The notes beneath the pieces are model-generated. The model worked only from the letters and a program-made list of their open reading frames with translations. It had not been told where the DNA came from and searched no databases. A stretch of 55,746 nt of DNA, from assembly GCA_035480855.1 (NCBI GenBank), contig DATIHJ010000026.1, positions 1 to 55,746 on the forward strand, in the 5' to 3' direction. The translations under genes were made by a program, and so were the position numbers. Position 1 is the stretch's first letter. Each line of letters starts with the position of its first letter. This DNA is from Patescibacteria group bacterium (lineage in GTDB: Bacteria; Patescibacteriota; Saccharimonadia; Saccharimonadales; JANWIN01). Below, in pieces: positions 1 through 8,844 of the stretch.

Positions 1-2
1 TT

Positions 3-740
3 GTCTTAAATGATACAGCTAGCCTAAGTGGTGGCAGTGCTCCGACTGGAAGTGTAACGTTCAATCTCTTTGCTCCAACAGACCAGAGTTGTACTGGTAC
101 CCCAGCATACACAAATACAGATCCAACTGCTCCATACGCTACCAGCCCAGGCTTTACTTCGAACGCAGTAGGTGTTTGGCACTGGACCGCACACTATGCA
201 GGCGACAGCGATAACAACTCAGCTGACAGTGCCTGTAGTGCTGAGGCGGTGACGGTGACAGCCCCCCCAATAACCCGCACCTTAGGCTTCTGGCAAACTC
301 ACTTTACTTTTACCAATAGCGTATATGCCTCTAGCGGCGGTAGCAGCAATCCCATCTGGACTTTTTGTGGGACGAGAATAGTAACGGATATTACCAGCAG
401 CAACATGTCTATGCTCTACGGCGGCTTCTACGCTAGTATTCCAAAGACGACAATTGGTACGAAAAGATCAGCCCTTGACCAAGCCAGAATGCAACTAATG
501 CAACAATTGCTAGCTGCAATTCTTAACAATATTGCCTTCGGTGGTGGAACTTCCCTGATCGCACCGGCTAAATCAGCCTACTGCGGGACAAGTGTGTCAG
601 ATATTCTTAACCAAGTTACAATACTAGATAACTTCAATGGTAGTGGTGACTCGCTTTCAACGTCACAAAATACCGGTAGTGCCGAACCCAAAACTTCTAG
701 TGCAGACGCCAATCTTGTTGCGTGGGATGTACTACCCTAA
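3..740 (+). CDS. Surface/secreted protein, C-terminal fragment (5' end lies outside the window)
   Basis: Frame 3 is open from base 3 to the TAA at 738-740, so the GTG at 249 in the ORF track is internal. The upstream residues read ...SVTFNLFAPTDQSCTGTP...GVWHWTAHYAGDSDNNSADSACSAEAVTV, which resembles Ig-like adhesin repeats. I do not recognise a family for the C-terminal ~160 aa. Confidence 0.6.
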   Translation, partial: VLNDTASLSGGSAPTGSVTFNLFAPTDQSCTGTPAYTNTDPTAPYATSPGFTSNAVGVWHWTAHYAGDSDNNSADSACSAEAVTVTAPPITRTLGFWQTHFTFTNSVYASSGGSSNPIWTFCGTRIVTDITSSNMSMLYGGFYASIPKTTIGTKRSALDQARMQLMQQLLAAILNNIAFGGGTSLIAPAKSAYCGTSVSDILNQVTILDNFNGSGDSLSTSQNTGSAEPKTSSADANLVAWDVLP

Positions 741-853
741 GATCAACCGCCTCGACGAGGTCAGCTTAGCTACCGATGGTAGTCTTAAATAATATCGGGA
801 TTTGGTACAACTCGTATAACATGGCGAAGCAAATCTAATTGGCCAGCCAGATT

Positions 854-882
854 TTGACAATCTCATTTTTTAGTTGTATAGT
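854..882 (+). promoter_or_regulatory. Sigma-70-type promoter, TTGACA-17 nt-TATAGT, 7 nt upstream of ATG 890 (leaderless)
   Basis: TTGACA at 854-859, a 17-nt spacer, TATAGT at 877-882, then tttattt and ATG at 890. Confidence 0.6.
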
Positions 883-889
883 TTTATTT

Positions 890-1627
890 ATGTCCGAGTT
901 CTTTTTTGCACAACACGCAGCACTTTTGGAACAAGCCATAATTAGACGGCAGCAAGCTGCTTCCCAAATTGTACGTATGCGGCTTTTAGAACATACTGAG
1001 CCTGAGTATGTAAAAAACTCTTCTCTTCTTGATTATTTGCAGTCCGCCAAAGGCTTGCTTACGTTTTTAACACATTCTCGTGGTAGCTCAGCACCCAACA
1101 TATTGGAAATCGGCAGCGGTACCGGGACAGCCCTAACTCAAATAGCCGAAAGCCAGTTTGGTGATGGCCTGTCGTTTATTGGCACAAACTTATTGAATCG
1201 CCCGAAACCTGGTTCTCCGCAAGTCGTTTTGCGACAAACTACAGCCGAAGTATTGCGTGGTATCGCACCTCGGTCAGTGGGCGGCGTCTTATCTATTGGC
1301 TCTATGGCATTTTCATCTGCACCAGAGCTCGTAATAGACACTATTGATCGTAAGTTGGTCAAGGGAGCTGCTATAAAAGCTACCTTCCGAGCCAAGCATA
1401 GTTATGGGCTTGAATGGGATGAAAAATACGATGCTTGGGGTTATAGACCACATGACGCATTCAGTAAAGAGTTGCGCCGCCGGCGCTTTGATGTAGCCGT
1501 AATGGAAAACGAGGGCGATGACGTATTGGTGGCTATTAAGCCTGGCGTAAGAAATATTGCCACAGCCAGAGAGCTTTTAGAGCAAGATAGCCAGACTCTG
1601 CGTGATCAAATTGCATTAGTTGTCTGA
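890..1627 (+). CDS. Class I SAM-dependent methyltransferase-like protein
   Basis: LEIGSGTGTALTQIAE matches methyltransferase motif I (ExGxGxG). Start moved from TTG 839 to ATG 890 because a consensus promoter sits inside the 839-889 extension. Confidence 0.45.
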   Translation: MSEFFFAQHAALLEQAIIRRQQAASQIVRMRLLEHTEPEYVKNSSLLDYLQSAKGLLTFLTHSRGSSAPNILEIGSGTGTALTQIAESQFGDGLSFIGTNLLNRPKPGSPQVVLRQTTAEVLRGIAPRSVGGVLSIGSMAFSSAPELVIDTIDRKLVKGAAIKATFRAKHSYGLEWDEKYDAWGYRPHDAFSKELRRRRFDVAVMENEGDDVLVAIKPGVRNIATARELLEQDSQTLRDQIALVV

Positions 1628-1689
1628 TATGAGCGTACAGGTGGTTTTTATTTCGCTTATGTTTATAATAAAAACAATAAAGTTACGAC

Positions 1690-3171
1690 ATGCTAAAATT
1701 ATTTTCGTTTAAATCGTTAAAAGCGCGCACTGTACGGAACAAATTTAATTTAATAATAAGCCTAATCATTTTCATACTCTTGTTTGGGCTAGTAAACTTT
1801 TGGTTTGGCACAAAAGTATTGTCAGGAATTCGTGCATATGTCGGTGGTGAAGGTCTGTGGTCAAAAGCTCAAAAAGAAGCTGTTAATAACCTCGTAAAAT
1901 ACTCTTATTCTCATGACGAATCGGACTATCGGAACTATCAGAAGTTTACCTTGGTTCAAAAGGGAGATATGCAAGCTCGGCTTGAGCTGAACAAACCTCA
2001 TCCGAATATCGCTATAGTTCAACAAGGATTCGTACAAGGAGGCAATAATCCTAAGGACGTCAACGACCTAATTTTTCTCTATAGACGCTTCCAGCGTGTA
2101 AAATACATGAGTGCTGCCATACAAATCTGGACACAGGCTGATAAAGAATATGCAAACCAGCTAGCTGTTGGTAATCAAATCCACGAGCTTGTATCAACAC
2201 CTCTAAAAGTTAATACCGTACAGGCACGAAGTATCCAAGCGTCAGAGCTTTCATCGCTGTTAAAACAAACATATACAACTGACACCAAGCTAACTGTGCT
2301 TGAAAACCAGTTTTCTGCGACACTGGGTACTGGTTCGCGTAATATTGCTGCTAATTTAATCGAACTAACAATAATAGTCACGACTGTTTTGGGCATACTG
2401 ACGATCGTCATCGCGATACTTATCGCCAAAGCTATTATACGTTTAGATAAACTGAAGACCGAGTTTGTGTCTCTAGCATCACACCAGCTCAGAACTCCGC
2501 TAACTACTATAAACTGGTATGCGGAAACATTACTTTCAGAATCGGTAGGCAAATTAAATGAAGAACAGAAAAAGTATTTAAAAGAGCTCTATGGTGGCGC
2601 CCAGAGGATGGATAGCCTTACAAGTGATCTATTAAAAGTGTCGAGTCTCGATTTGGGTACTTATGCATCAGATATAAAGACTATAAACGTTGGCGAAACG
2701 CTCAAGACTACTATCAAGGACCAGCAACTGAGCATAGATCAAAAAGGTATCACCCTTACCACAAACATAGACCCTAATCTGCCAACAATGCAGCTGGACG
2801 AACATTTACTGGGCGTTGTATTCCAGAATCTTTTATCAAATAGTGTGAAATATACTCCTAAGGGAGGGCAAATAAACATTAATGTACAAAGCAAGAAACC
2901 AAACGTACTCATACATATATCTGACAATGGAATAGGTATACCTAGATCACAGCAGTCACAAGTATTTGCAAAATTATTCAGAGCAGACAACGCCCAAAAC
3001 CTAAGTGCCAATGGTACAGGTCTTGGACTATACATAGTTAAAGCTATGGTGCAGAGAATGGGAGGCTCTATTTGGTTTGACTCTACCGAAAATCAAGGCA
3101 CTAATTTTTATGTTAAAATACCACTGTATGACAGACATAGAGCTAAACGAACCGGCCAAAAAAATGTCTAA
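1690..3171 (+). CDS. Sensor histidine kinase (membrane-bound, large N-terminal sensor region)
   Basis: H-box SLASHQLRTPLT, N-box LLSNSVKYTP, G-boxes DNGIGIP and GTGLGLYIVK. Hydrophobic segments near residues 20-40 and 225-250. Confidence 0.85.
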   Translation: MLKLFSFKSLKARTVRNKFNLIISLIIFILLFGLVNFWFGTKVLSGIRAYVGGEGLWSKAQKEAVNNLVKYSYSHDESDYRNYQKFTLVQKGDMQARLELNKPHPNIAIVQQGFVQGGNNPKDVNDLIFLYRRFQRVKYMSAAIQIWTQADKEYANQLAVGNQIHELVSTPLKVNTVQARSIQASELSSLLKQTYTTDTKLTVLENQFSATLGTGSRNIAANLIELTIIVTTVLGILTIVIAILIAKAIIRLDKLKTEFVSLASHQLRTPLTTINWYAETLLSESVGKLNEEQKKYLKELYGGAQRMDSLTSDLLKVSSLDLGTYASDIKTINVGETLKTTIKDQQLSIDQKGITLTTNIDPNLPTMQLDEHLLGVVFQNLLSNSVKYTPKGGQININVQSKKPNVLIHISDNGIGIPRSQQSQVFAKLFRADNAQNLSANGTGLGLYIVKAMVQRMGGSIWFDSTENQGTNFYVKIPLYDRHRAKRTGQKNV

Positions 3172-3541
3172 GAAAGTCTTGATTGTTGAGGATGATGCTT
3201 CCCTGCTGGATATCTTAGCAACTAAAGTTTCAGCTGAGGGTTTTGAGGTTCTCAAGGCACACGATGGAGAAGAAGGTCTAGCGGTGGCACTGCGTGAATA
3301 TCCAGATCTTATATTACTTGATCTGCTTTTACCGAAACTATCTGGCCTTGATATGCTCACAGAACTACGCAAAGATGAAAAAGGTAAGCAAATTCCAGTT
3401 TTTGTCCTTACTAATTTAAGTGAAAACAGCAATATTTATAAGTCTATTGCTCTTGACTCCTCGGCCTATTTTATAAAAAGCAACAGTTCTCTTGAACTCA
3501 TAGCCACCGAAGTCAAGAATAAGCTCTCCCCTGTCAAATAG
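3164..3541 (+). CDS. Stand-alone response-regulator receiver protein (CheY-like, no output domain)
   Basis: MSKKVLIVEDD...ILLDLLLPKLSG...VFVLTN...FIKS receiver signature. ATG 3164 overlaps the kinase stop by 8 nt (ATGTCTAA). The track start at 3077 lies inside the kinase gene. Confidence 0.85.
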   Translation: MSKKVLIVEDDASLLDILATKVSAEGFEVLKAHDGEEGLAVALREYPDLILLDLLLPKLSGLDMLTELRKDEKGKQIPVFVLTNLSENSNIYKSIALDSSAYFIKSNSSLELIATEVKNKLSPVK

Positions 3542-3585
3542 TTCTTCATTATCTTAAAGAACCATAATATAGAGCAATTAAATAC

Positions 3586-3614
3586 TTGACTAGTTTTAGT
3601 ATATATGATAATAT
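3586..3614 (+). promoter_or_regulatory. Promoter TTGACT-17 nt-TAATAT (with TG extension), 7 nt upstream of ATG 3622
   Basis: TTGACT at 3586-3591, TGaTAATAT at 3606-3614, ATG at 3622. Confidence 0.55.
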
Positions 3615-3621
3615 ATGACTC

Positions 3622-4002
3622 ATGGAAACACTCACTGACCCTTTGAGAAAATTAGTCCGTTTAGGAATGACGGCTGGTATAGTTTTTGGAGCATTTGCGG
3701 TTCATGCAGAACTTAATGCACATTCTGCAGCCCATGAAGCTAAAGCCGCTAGAACAACGCTAGAGCATTATAATAATAAATATAATGCGTTAAACGCTAA
3801 AGGTCATGTTGACCTTCAATCAAAAGATATAGTTCTAGGTCCAGGCGAAGATCACCTTAGCGAAGTTAGTCAAACTAGCAATCATGAGCAACATAATAGA
3901 AACGTTTTTCTCGTTGCTTCTGGCGCAGAATTTGCAATAGTTGGCACCGCAATGTTTCTGAATCGAAGGCGTGAAGTTGCCTCTCCAATTTCTCGTATAT
4001 AA
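3622..4002 (+). CDS. Hypothetical membrane protein (two predicted TM segments)
   Basis: An ORF directly behind a consensus promoter, with hydrophobic stretches GMTAGIVFGAFAV and VFLVASGAEFAIVGTAMFL. No recognisable family. Confidence 0.5.
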   Translation: METLTDPLRKLVRLGMTAGIVFGAFAVHAELNAHSAAHEAKAARTTLEHYNNKYNALNAKGHVDLQSKDIVLGPGEDHLSEVSQTSNHEQHNRNVFLVASGAEFAIVGTAMFLNRRREVASPISRI

Positions 4003-4094
4003 ATAACCTGGTTAGCTAGCTTTTTTAGCGAAAATAACTTAGAAACTATTGTCCAAATAATGGCTAGTATATTTGGTATTACTTAAATATATAT

Positions 4095-4790
4095 CTACAG
4101 TAGCTGCCAGGATGTTCGCCATATTCTGAAATCGTTATTTAACCCATTAACACTAGAGAAGCTATCTGAGCCGACAGATATTGGTTGTACACGAAATTCC
4201 ACAGCGCCATATACATCTCGATTATCCAACTGCTTGGTAATACAGTAGGGGGGATTAGGTTGAGGACTTTCAGCGTATAGATTCGCTGGGTCTAAAGGAA
4301 CATGGGGTATTGTCTTGGTAACACGATTAACGTTCCAGAGTGGATGAGTTACGCCGGGTGTGTGGTATACAACATCAAAAATCATTGTAGCGTCCTTAGT
4401 AGTGCCTGCATAATATTCCCAACAAACTTTTAGAATATGATTGTGCCCAGGTATATTGACGTATGGGCCAAACCACATTGCACTTCCGTTCACTTGGTTA
4501 CTATTGACTGCCCAGACATTTACATTTACTAATTGATCAGTAGCTAAAATTAAATTACCTGAGGGCATTACCTGATGGTTACCAGTATGATGAAAACCAA
4601 GACCATTATTCCCTGTATTATAATAATAGTAATGGATTGAAGAAGCGGCAAAACTTTTTAATAACACCGCTAGTCCAATAACCCCAAAAGCTAAACCAAA
4701 TATCAAACCACGTTTCCAACTCATTGACTTGCCATATTTGGAATATATCTTTACCTTATTGTTCTTTTTTTGCTTTGATTTTGCTGCCAT
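4095..4790 (-). CDS. Hypothetical N-terminally anchored or secreted protein
   Basis: A basic N-terminus followed by the TM/signal segment GLIFGLAFGVIGLAVLLKSFAA. The remainder is Asn/Val/His-rich with no recognised domain. Confidence 0.55.
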   Translation of the reverse strand: MAAKSKQKKNNKVKIYSKYGKSMSWKRGLIFGLAFGVIGLAVLLKSFAASSIHYYYYNTGNNGLGFHHTGNHQVMPSGNLILATDQLVNVNVWAVNSNQVNGSAMWFGPYVNIPGHNHILKVCWEYYAGTTKDATMIFDVVYHTPGVTHPLWNVNRVTKTIPHVPLDPANLYAESPQPNPPYCITKQLDNRDVYGAVEFRVQPISVGSDSFSSVNGLNNDFRIWRTSWQLL

Positions 4791-4992
4791 TTTAAAGAAG
4801 CCTTTATTTTAATCAGTAACTGTTATAAGCGTAACCATATAAACCAATGATGTCAACTATGTCACAGACTAAATTATACTTCGTGTGCTTTAGCAGCTGT
4901 TGTACTTATATTATAAAACGCTAGATTAGTAATGCCGATGATATCCCAGAAGAGGGTTTCCTTAAAACATAACTCCTTGTGCCTGTTTTTAG

Positions 4993-5001
4993 TGTTAACA
5001 T
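4993..5001 (+). promoter_or_regulatory. Extended -10 element TGtTAACAT, 6 nt upstream of ATG 5008
   Basis: TG at 4993-4994, TAACAT at 4996-5001, then tgtttt and ATG at 5008. No Shine-Dalgarno sequence is present. Confidence 0.4.
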
Positions 5002-5007
5002 TGTTTT

Positions 5008-5406
5008 ATGACTGGTCAAAAGCACGATTCTCGCATCGATCAATATATTAAGGGTCTCCCCGTATGGCAACAAGACATATGCATTAAAGTAAGAAAGCTA
5101 GTACACTCTGCCGATTCTGATGTATCAGAAGCAATAAAACGAACAGACCGGCCTTATTTTATACTCAACGGCAATATTTGTGCGCTGCTAGAAACTAAAG
5201 ATCACGTTAACGTCTTTATATACGACCCAATTGCACCTGATCCAGAAAAAATCATTAACCAAGGACAAGGTAACTTAACTGCTCGCTCAATCCAAATTTA
5301 TAAGGGTGACAAAATTAATGAGACTGCACTAATTAACCTTTTTAAAGCTATAATCGCCAACAACCGTGCAGGTGGCTGGAGGAAAGTTAAACAGAACCGA
5401 GTGTAA
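5008..5406 (+). CDS. DUF1801 (YdhG-like) domain protein
   Basis: IDQYIKGLPVWQQDICIKVRKLVHSADSDVSEAIK...PYF...GNICAL is the typical DUF1801 pattern. Confidence 0.7.
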   Translation: MTGQKHDSRIDQYIKGLPVWQQDICIKVRKLVHSADSDVSEAIKRTDRPYFILNGNICALLETKDHVNVFIYDPIAPDPEKIINQGQGNLTARSIQIYKGDKINETALINLFKAIIANNRAGGWRKVKQNRV

Positions 5407-5411
5407 ATTAT

Positions 5412-5696
5412 ATGAACAAGTTAGTCTCATCTAATTCAAAAAAAGCGATCTCCGGTGGTGTAGTACATAAAATGCCATTGGATTTACGAAAGGCCCTGGT
5501 TTCTGATGAATCTGCTCTTAAGCGTTGGGAAGACCTTACGCCTCTGGCGCGTAATGAATGGATTTGTTGGACTGTCACTAACAAAAAACTTGAGACTAGA
5601 AAAAATCATATTGAGCGGACTGTATCAGAGCTACTAGAAGGAAAACGTCGCCCCTGCTGCTGGGTTGGTTGCTTGCATCGCACTAAGTCGTCATAA
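5412..5696 (+). CDS. YdeI/OmpD-associated family protein
   Basis: DLRKAL...ALKRWEDLTPLARNEWICWTV..KK.ETR..HIERTVSELLEGKRRPCCW matches the C-terminal YdeI/OmdA pattern. Confidence 0.65.
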   Translation: MNKLVSSNSKKAISGGVVHKMPLDLRKALVSDESALKRWEDLTPLARNEWICWTVTNKKLETRKNHIERTVSELLEGKRRPCCWVGCLHRTKSS

Positions 5697-5725
5697 CAAT
5701 ATTTGTTATATATTACACATGCTTA

Positions 5726-5755
5726 TTGACAACTAGTTGTAATTGGTAGCATAAT
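5726..5755 (+). promoter_or_regulatory. Promoter TTGACA-18 nt-CATAAT with a leadered mRNA (SD AAGGAGG)
   Basis: TTGACA at 5726-5731, CATAAT at 5750-5755, aaaggaggg at 5781-5789, ATG at 5794. Confidence 0.45.
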
Positions 5756-5793
5756 CGAATCATAATTAACTGGTGGGTTAAAAGGAGGGACGG

Positions 5794-6198
5794 ATGGCAA
5801 CTCAAAATAACACACCAACAGGTTGGGTAGGTTGGGCTTACTTTGCAGGCTTCATGATGATGCTTGTAGGTGGAATGCAGGCAATCGCAGGATTGGCTGC
5901 AATTTTTAAGAGCGGATTTTACGTAGTAAGCCAGAGCCATTTACTGGTACTGGATTACAAGCAATGGGGATGGGTAGCACTTCTGCTAGGCATCATAATC
6001 TTTTTTGCAGGCTTGGAATTGTTCCGCGGCGCACTATGGGCTAGGATTGTAGCCATCATTCTAGTTGGAATGAGCTTCTTGGCTAACATGGCCTTTGTGA
6101 ATGCATACCCAATTTGGGCAATAACAATCATGACTGTTGACGTGTTTGTTATCTACGCACTGCTAGTACATGGCGGTGAGCTACGCGACGACGCTTAG
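5794..6198 (+). CDS. DUF7144-like small integral membrane protein
   Basis: Four hydrophobic helices with GWVGWAYFAGFMMML.G..Q...GL and the ending WAR...AYPIW...VD..VIYAL.VHG. Clear paralog of 49180-49581. Confidence 0.65.
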   Translation: MATQNNTPTGWVGWAYFAGFMMMLVGGMQAIAGLAAIFKSGFYVVSQSHLLVLDYKQWGWVALLLGIIIFFAGLELFRGALWARIVAIILVGMSFLANMAFVNAYPIWAITIMTVDVFVIYALLVHGGELRDDA

Positions 6199-6212
6199 CT
6201 GATAGATATTGG

Positions 6213-6695
6213 TTAGCCTTTTGCAGCGCGCTCTAGTCCTGCTACGTCAATCTTGACCATCTTAAGCATGGCATCAGTTACTCGCTTGGATACTTCAGCG
6301 TCTTTGCTGCTCAAAAGATCTTCTAGCTGTTTTGGAATAATCTGCCAGGAAAGCCCGAATTTGTCTGTAAGCCAGCCACACTGGACTTCTTTACCACCAT
6401 CAGCTGTTAATGCTTCCCAGTATTTATCAACATCTGCTTGGCCATCACATAGTACATATATTGAGACCTGTGAGTTAAACGGAAAAAGTGGTCCACCGTT
6501 TAGAAAAATATACTCCTGTCCCATAATTTTAAGCTCTACAATAAAAACGCTCCCCGGCTTTGTGCCAGGGATTCCTTCCGGCGCCTTAATAACCCTGGTA
6601 ATTTTGGAATCTTCAAACAAACTGGTGTAGAGTTTGGCGGCTTCCTCTGCTTTGTCATTAAACCATAGATGCGTAGCTATTTTACTGACTGACAT
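6213..6695 (-). CDS. VOC-superfamily protein (PhnB / 3-demethylubiquinone-9 3-methyltransferase-domain type)
   Basis: THLWFNDKAEEAAKLYTSLF...ELKIMGQEYIFLNGGP.F.FN...S..V.C..Q.EVD.YW..L...G.E.QCGWL.DKFG.SWQI.P. A strong SD (aaggagga) precedes the ATG. Confidence 0.75.
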   Translation of the reverse strand: MSVSKIATHLWFNDKAEEAAKLYTSLFEDSKITRVIKAPEGIPGTKPGSVFIVELKIMGQEYIFLNGGPLFPFNSQVSIYVLCDGQADVDKYWEALTADGGKEVQCGWLTDKFGLSWQIIPKQLEDLLSSKDAEVSKRVTDAMLKMVKIDVAGLERAAKG

Positions 6696-6807
6696 ATTAT
6701 CCTCCTTTTACTTCAATACTACCTATAAATAATAGCAGTTTCCTAGGGCTCGTACACTTATAACTCTGATTAGAGTGTTATAATAAACCTATAAACAAAG
6801 GGGATAT

Positions 6808-7035
6808 ATGGCAGCAGGAGACCAGGTACGAGATGCAGCTCAAAAAGCGCGTTTACAGGCTAGACAACACCGCGACCAAGCTGCAAATATGCATAAGTCT
6901 GCTCTTGATATGGAAAGAGTAGCGACGCAGCTTGAGAATGAGGCCTCTAACCTAGAGCGGCAAGCCAAAGATTCGGATAACGCTGAGCACCGAGCAAATG
7001 ACGCTATGGCTAAATTTAAGAACCAGAATTTATAG
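6808..7035 (+). CDS. Hypothetical small coiled-coil protein
   Basis: An SD (aaagggga) precedes the ATG. The charged, alanine/glutamine-rich heptad-like sequence has no recognised family. Confidence 0.4.
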   Translation: MAAGDQVRDAAQKARLQARQHRDQAANMHKSALDMERVATQLENEASNLERQAKDSDNAEHRANDAMAKFKNQNL

Positions 7036-7043
7036 GAGTTAAT

Positions 7044-7403
7044 ATGAAACTAAGTGGCATAATGCTTGGATCCCAAAACGCAAAAAAGCTTGCAGATTTT
7101 TATACCAAAATTCTTGGCAAACCAGGCTGGCATGATGGTGATTGGTTTGGGTATAGCGCTGGAGCTAATCTAATAATTGGGCCTCATAGCGAAGTAAAGG
7201 GCATGAATGATACACCTGGACGAATTATGGTGGCTTTTGATGTTACTGACGTTCCTAAAGAGTTTGATCGTATCAAGGCCCTGGGCGCCAAAGTTATTGC
7301 CAAACCCTACAATCCAAACAAAGACAACCCAGATGTTTGGATCGCTACATTTGCCGACACTGACGGCAATTACTTCCAACTAGCCACACCCTGGAAAGAA
7401 TAA
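7044..7403 (+). CDS. VOC/glyoxalase-family protein
   Basis: Single-domain ~120 aa with the beta-alpha-beta-beta-beta style pattern (MLGSQNAKKLADFYTKILG...FDV.D....F.R.K.LGAKV...P......W.A.F.D.DGN.F.L). Confidence 0.7.
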   Translation: MKLSGIMLGSQNAKKLADFYTKILGKPGWHDGDWFGYSAGANLIIGPHSEVKGMNDTPGRIMVAFDVTDVPKEFDRIKALGAKVIAKPYNPNKDNPDVWIATFADTDGNYFQLATPWKE

Positions 7404-7413
7404 GTTTTAGTAG

Positions 7414-8844
7414 TTACAGATTTATAGCTTGCGACATTTTAGTGGCAGATGCTGGACCGTTGGATCCGGCTAAATAAGTACTAAGCGGCACCCTATCTGC
7501 GTTCCAGGCTTCCAATATAGGGGTTATGATGCGCCAGCTGCTTAGGATTTCTTGCTTGGTTGCAAATAAGGTTTTATCCCCTCTTAACACGTCTACAACT
7601 ACCCGCTCATAAGCGTCTGGGTGGCCTGCTTGCAACTGATTTCCATAGAAAAAGTCCATCGGTACTTCTTGCACATGATCATCAAAACCAGGTTTTTTAA
7701 CTCTAATACTTAGCGTTATTCCTTCCTTGGGTTGTATACGTATGGTCAAATAATTGCGCTGCCCGGGATGGGCTTTATCTTCGAAAACTATGCAAATCTC
7801 TGTAGATTTCTCTGCCAGTTTTTTGCCTGTACTCAAAACTATAGGAACATTGCGCCAACGATCATTGTCTATTTGTAATTTCAAGGCGGCAAAGGTCTCG
7901 ACGCTAGATTCAGGATTATTTACCTCTTCTTTATAGCCATCGTATTGTCCCCGCACTGTTTCCTTTGTTATAACGTCAGGTGAAGGTGCCGGAATTGCAT
8001 CTAGCAAGGCAAGTTTGGCGCTATGGATAGCTTCTGCAGAAAAATCTTTAGGCCGCTCCATAGTTACGAGTGAAAGTAGCTGCAATAAATGGCTTTGGAC
8101 CAAATCACGCAGAGCCCCCATTTGCTCGTAAAAAACCACCCTGCCCTCTATGCCAATGGTCTCGGCTGCTGTGATCATAATCTGACCAATGTGTTTGTTG
8201 TCCCAGTCTGATTCAAATAGCGGGTTTTGAAAACGGAATGTTAGAATGTTTTGGACTGTTTCTTTTGCCAGATAATGATCTATTCGATAAACCTGTTTTT
8301 CCGGGAACGAACCAGAGATTATCTCTATAAGCTCCTCCGCGGACTCAAGGTCGTAGCCGAAAGGCTTTTCTACCAGCAAGCGGCTCTCGCTAGTACCGTG
8401 TTGACAGCCGCTATTGAGCCGGCTGGTACCTAGTTGTCGAACCACTGGTGTAAACATTTGTGAAGGGATGGCTAGATAAAACAGGCGGTTTAGACAAACA
8501 CCGAGTTCGTCTTCGACCTTGTCTAGTTCAACTTTGAGCCTGACATATTCGGCGGGGTCGGTTATATCCATTTTGATTATCGATATCGACTGTTCTATAT
8601 GCTTCATGGTGGAGGGGTTTGGCGTCTCACCCTCAAGCTCTACTGCAGACCGAATATTTTCAATAACCTGGGAGACTGTTGTCCCACGGCGAGTAACACC
8701 AATAATCTTAACCGAGGGTGGCAACAAGTTATCGTTGGCAAGAAAATATAATGCTGGCAACAGTTTGCGTTTTGCCAGATCGCCTGTAATGCCAAAAATG
8801 GTTAGGATTGCTGGAGGGAGATCAAGCATGTTTGCCTCAGCCAT
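7414..8844 (-). CDS. zwf: Glucose-6-phosphate 1-dehydrogenase
   Basis: N-terminal FGITGDLAKRKLLPALY dinucleotide motif, EKPFG, and the active-site signature RIDHYLAKE. Confidence 0.95.
   Translation of the reverse strand: MAEANMLDLPPAILTIFGITGDLAKRKLLPALYFLANDNLLPPSVKIIGVTRRGTTVSQVIENIRSAVELEGETPNPSTMKHIEQSISIIKMDITDPAEYVRLKVELDKVEDELGVCLNRLFYLAIPSQMFTPVVRQLGTSRLNSGCQHGTSESRLLVEKPFGYDLESAEELIEIISGSFPEKQVYRIDHYLAKETVQNILTFRFQNPLFESDWDNKHIGQIMITAAETIGIEGRVVFYEQMGALRDLVQSHLLQLLSLVTMERPKDFSAEAIHSAKLALLDAIPAPSPDVITKETVRGQYDGYKEEVNNPESSVETFAALKLQIDNDRWRNVPIVLSTGKKLAEKSTEICIVFEDKAHPGQRNYLTIRIQPKEGITLSIRVKKPGFDDHVQEVPMDFFYGNQLQAGHPDAYERVVVDVLRGDKTLFATKQEILSSWRIITPILEAWNADRVPLSTYLAGSNGPASATKMSQAINL

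Noticed and set aside
4848-4925. A 25-codon ORF (MMSTMSQTKLYFVCFSSCCTYIIKR) in the 4791-5007 divergent spacer.
   Set aside because: It has no SD or promoter-proximal ATG pattern, it is very short, and nothing supports conservation.
5713-5940. 75-aa minus-strand ORF.
   Set aside because: It overlaps the promoter, SD and 5' end of the well-supported DUF7144 gene on the plus strand. It is Cys/His/Leu-rich with no start context.
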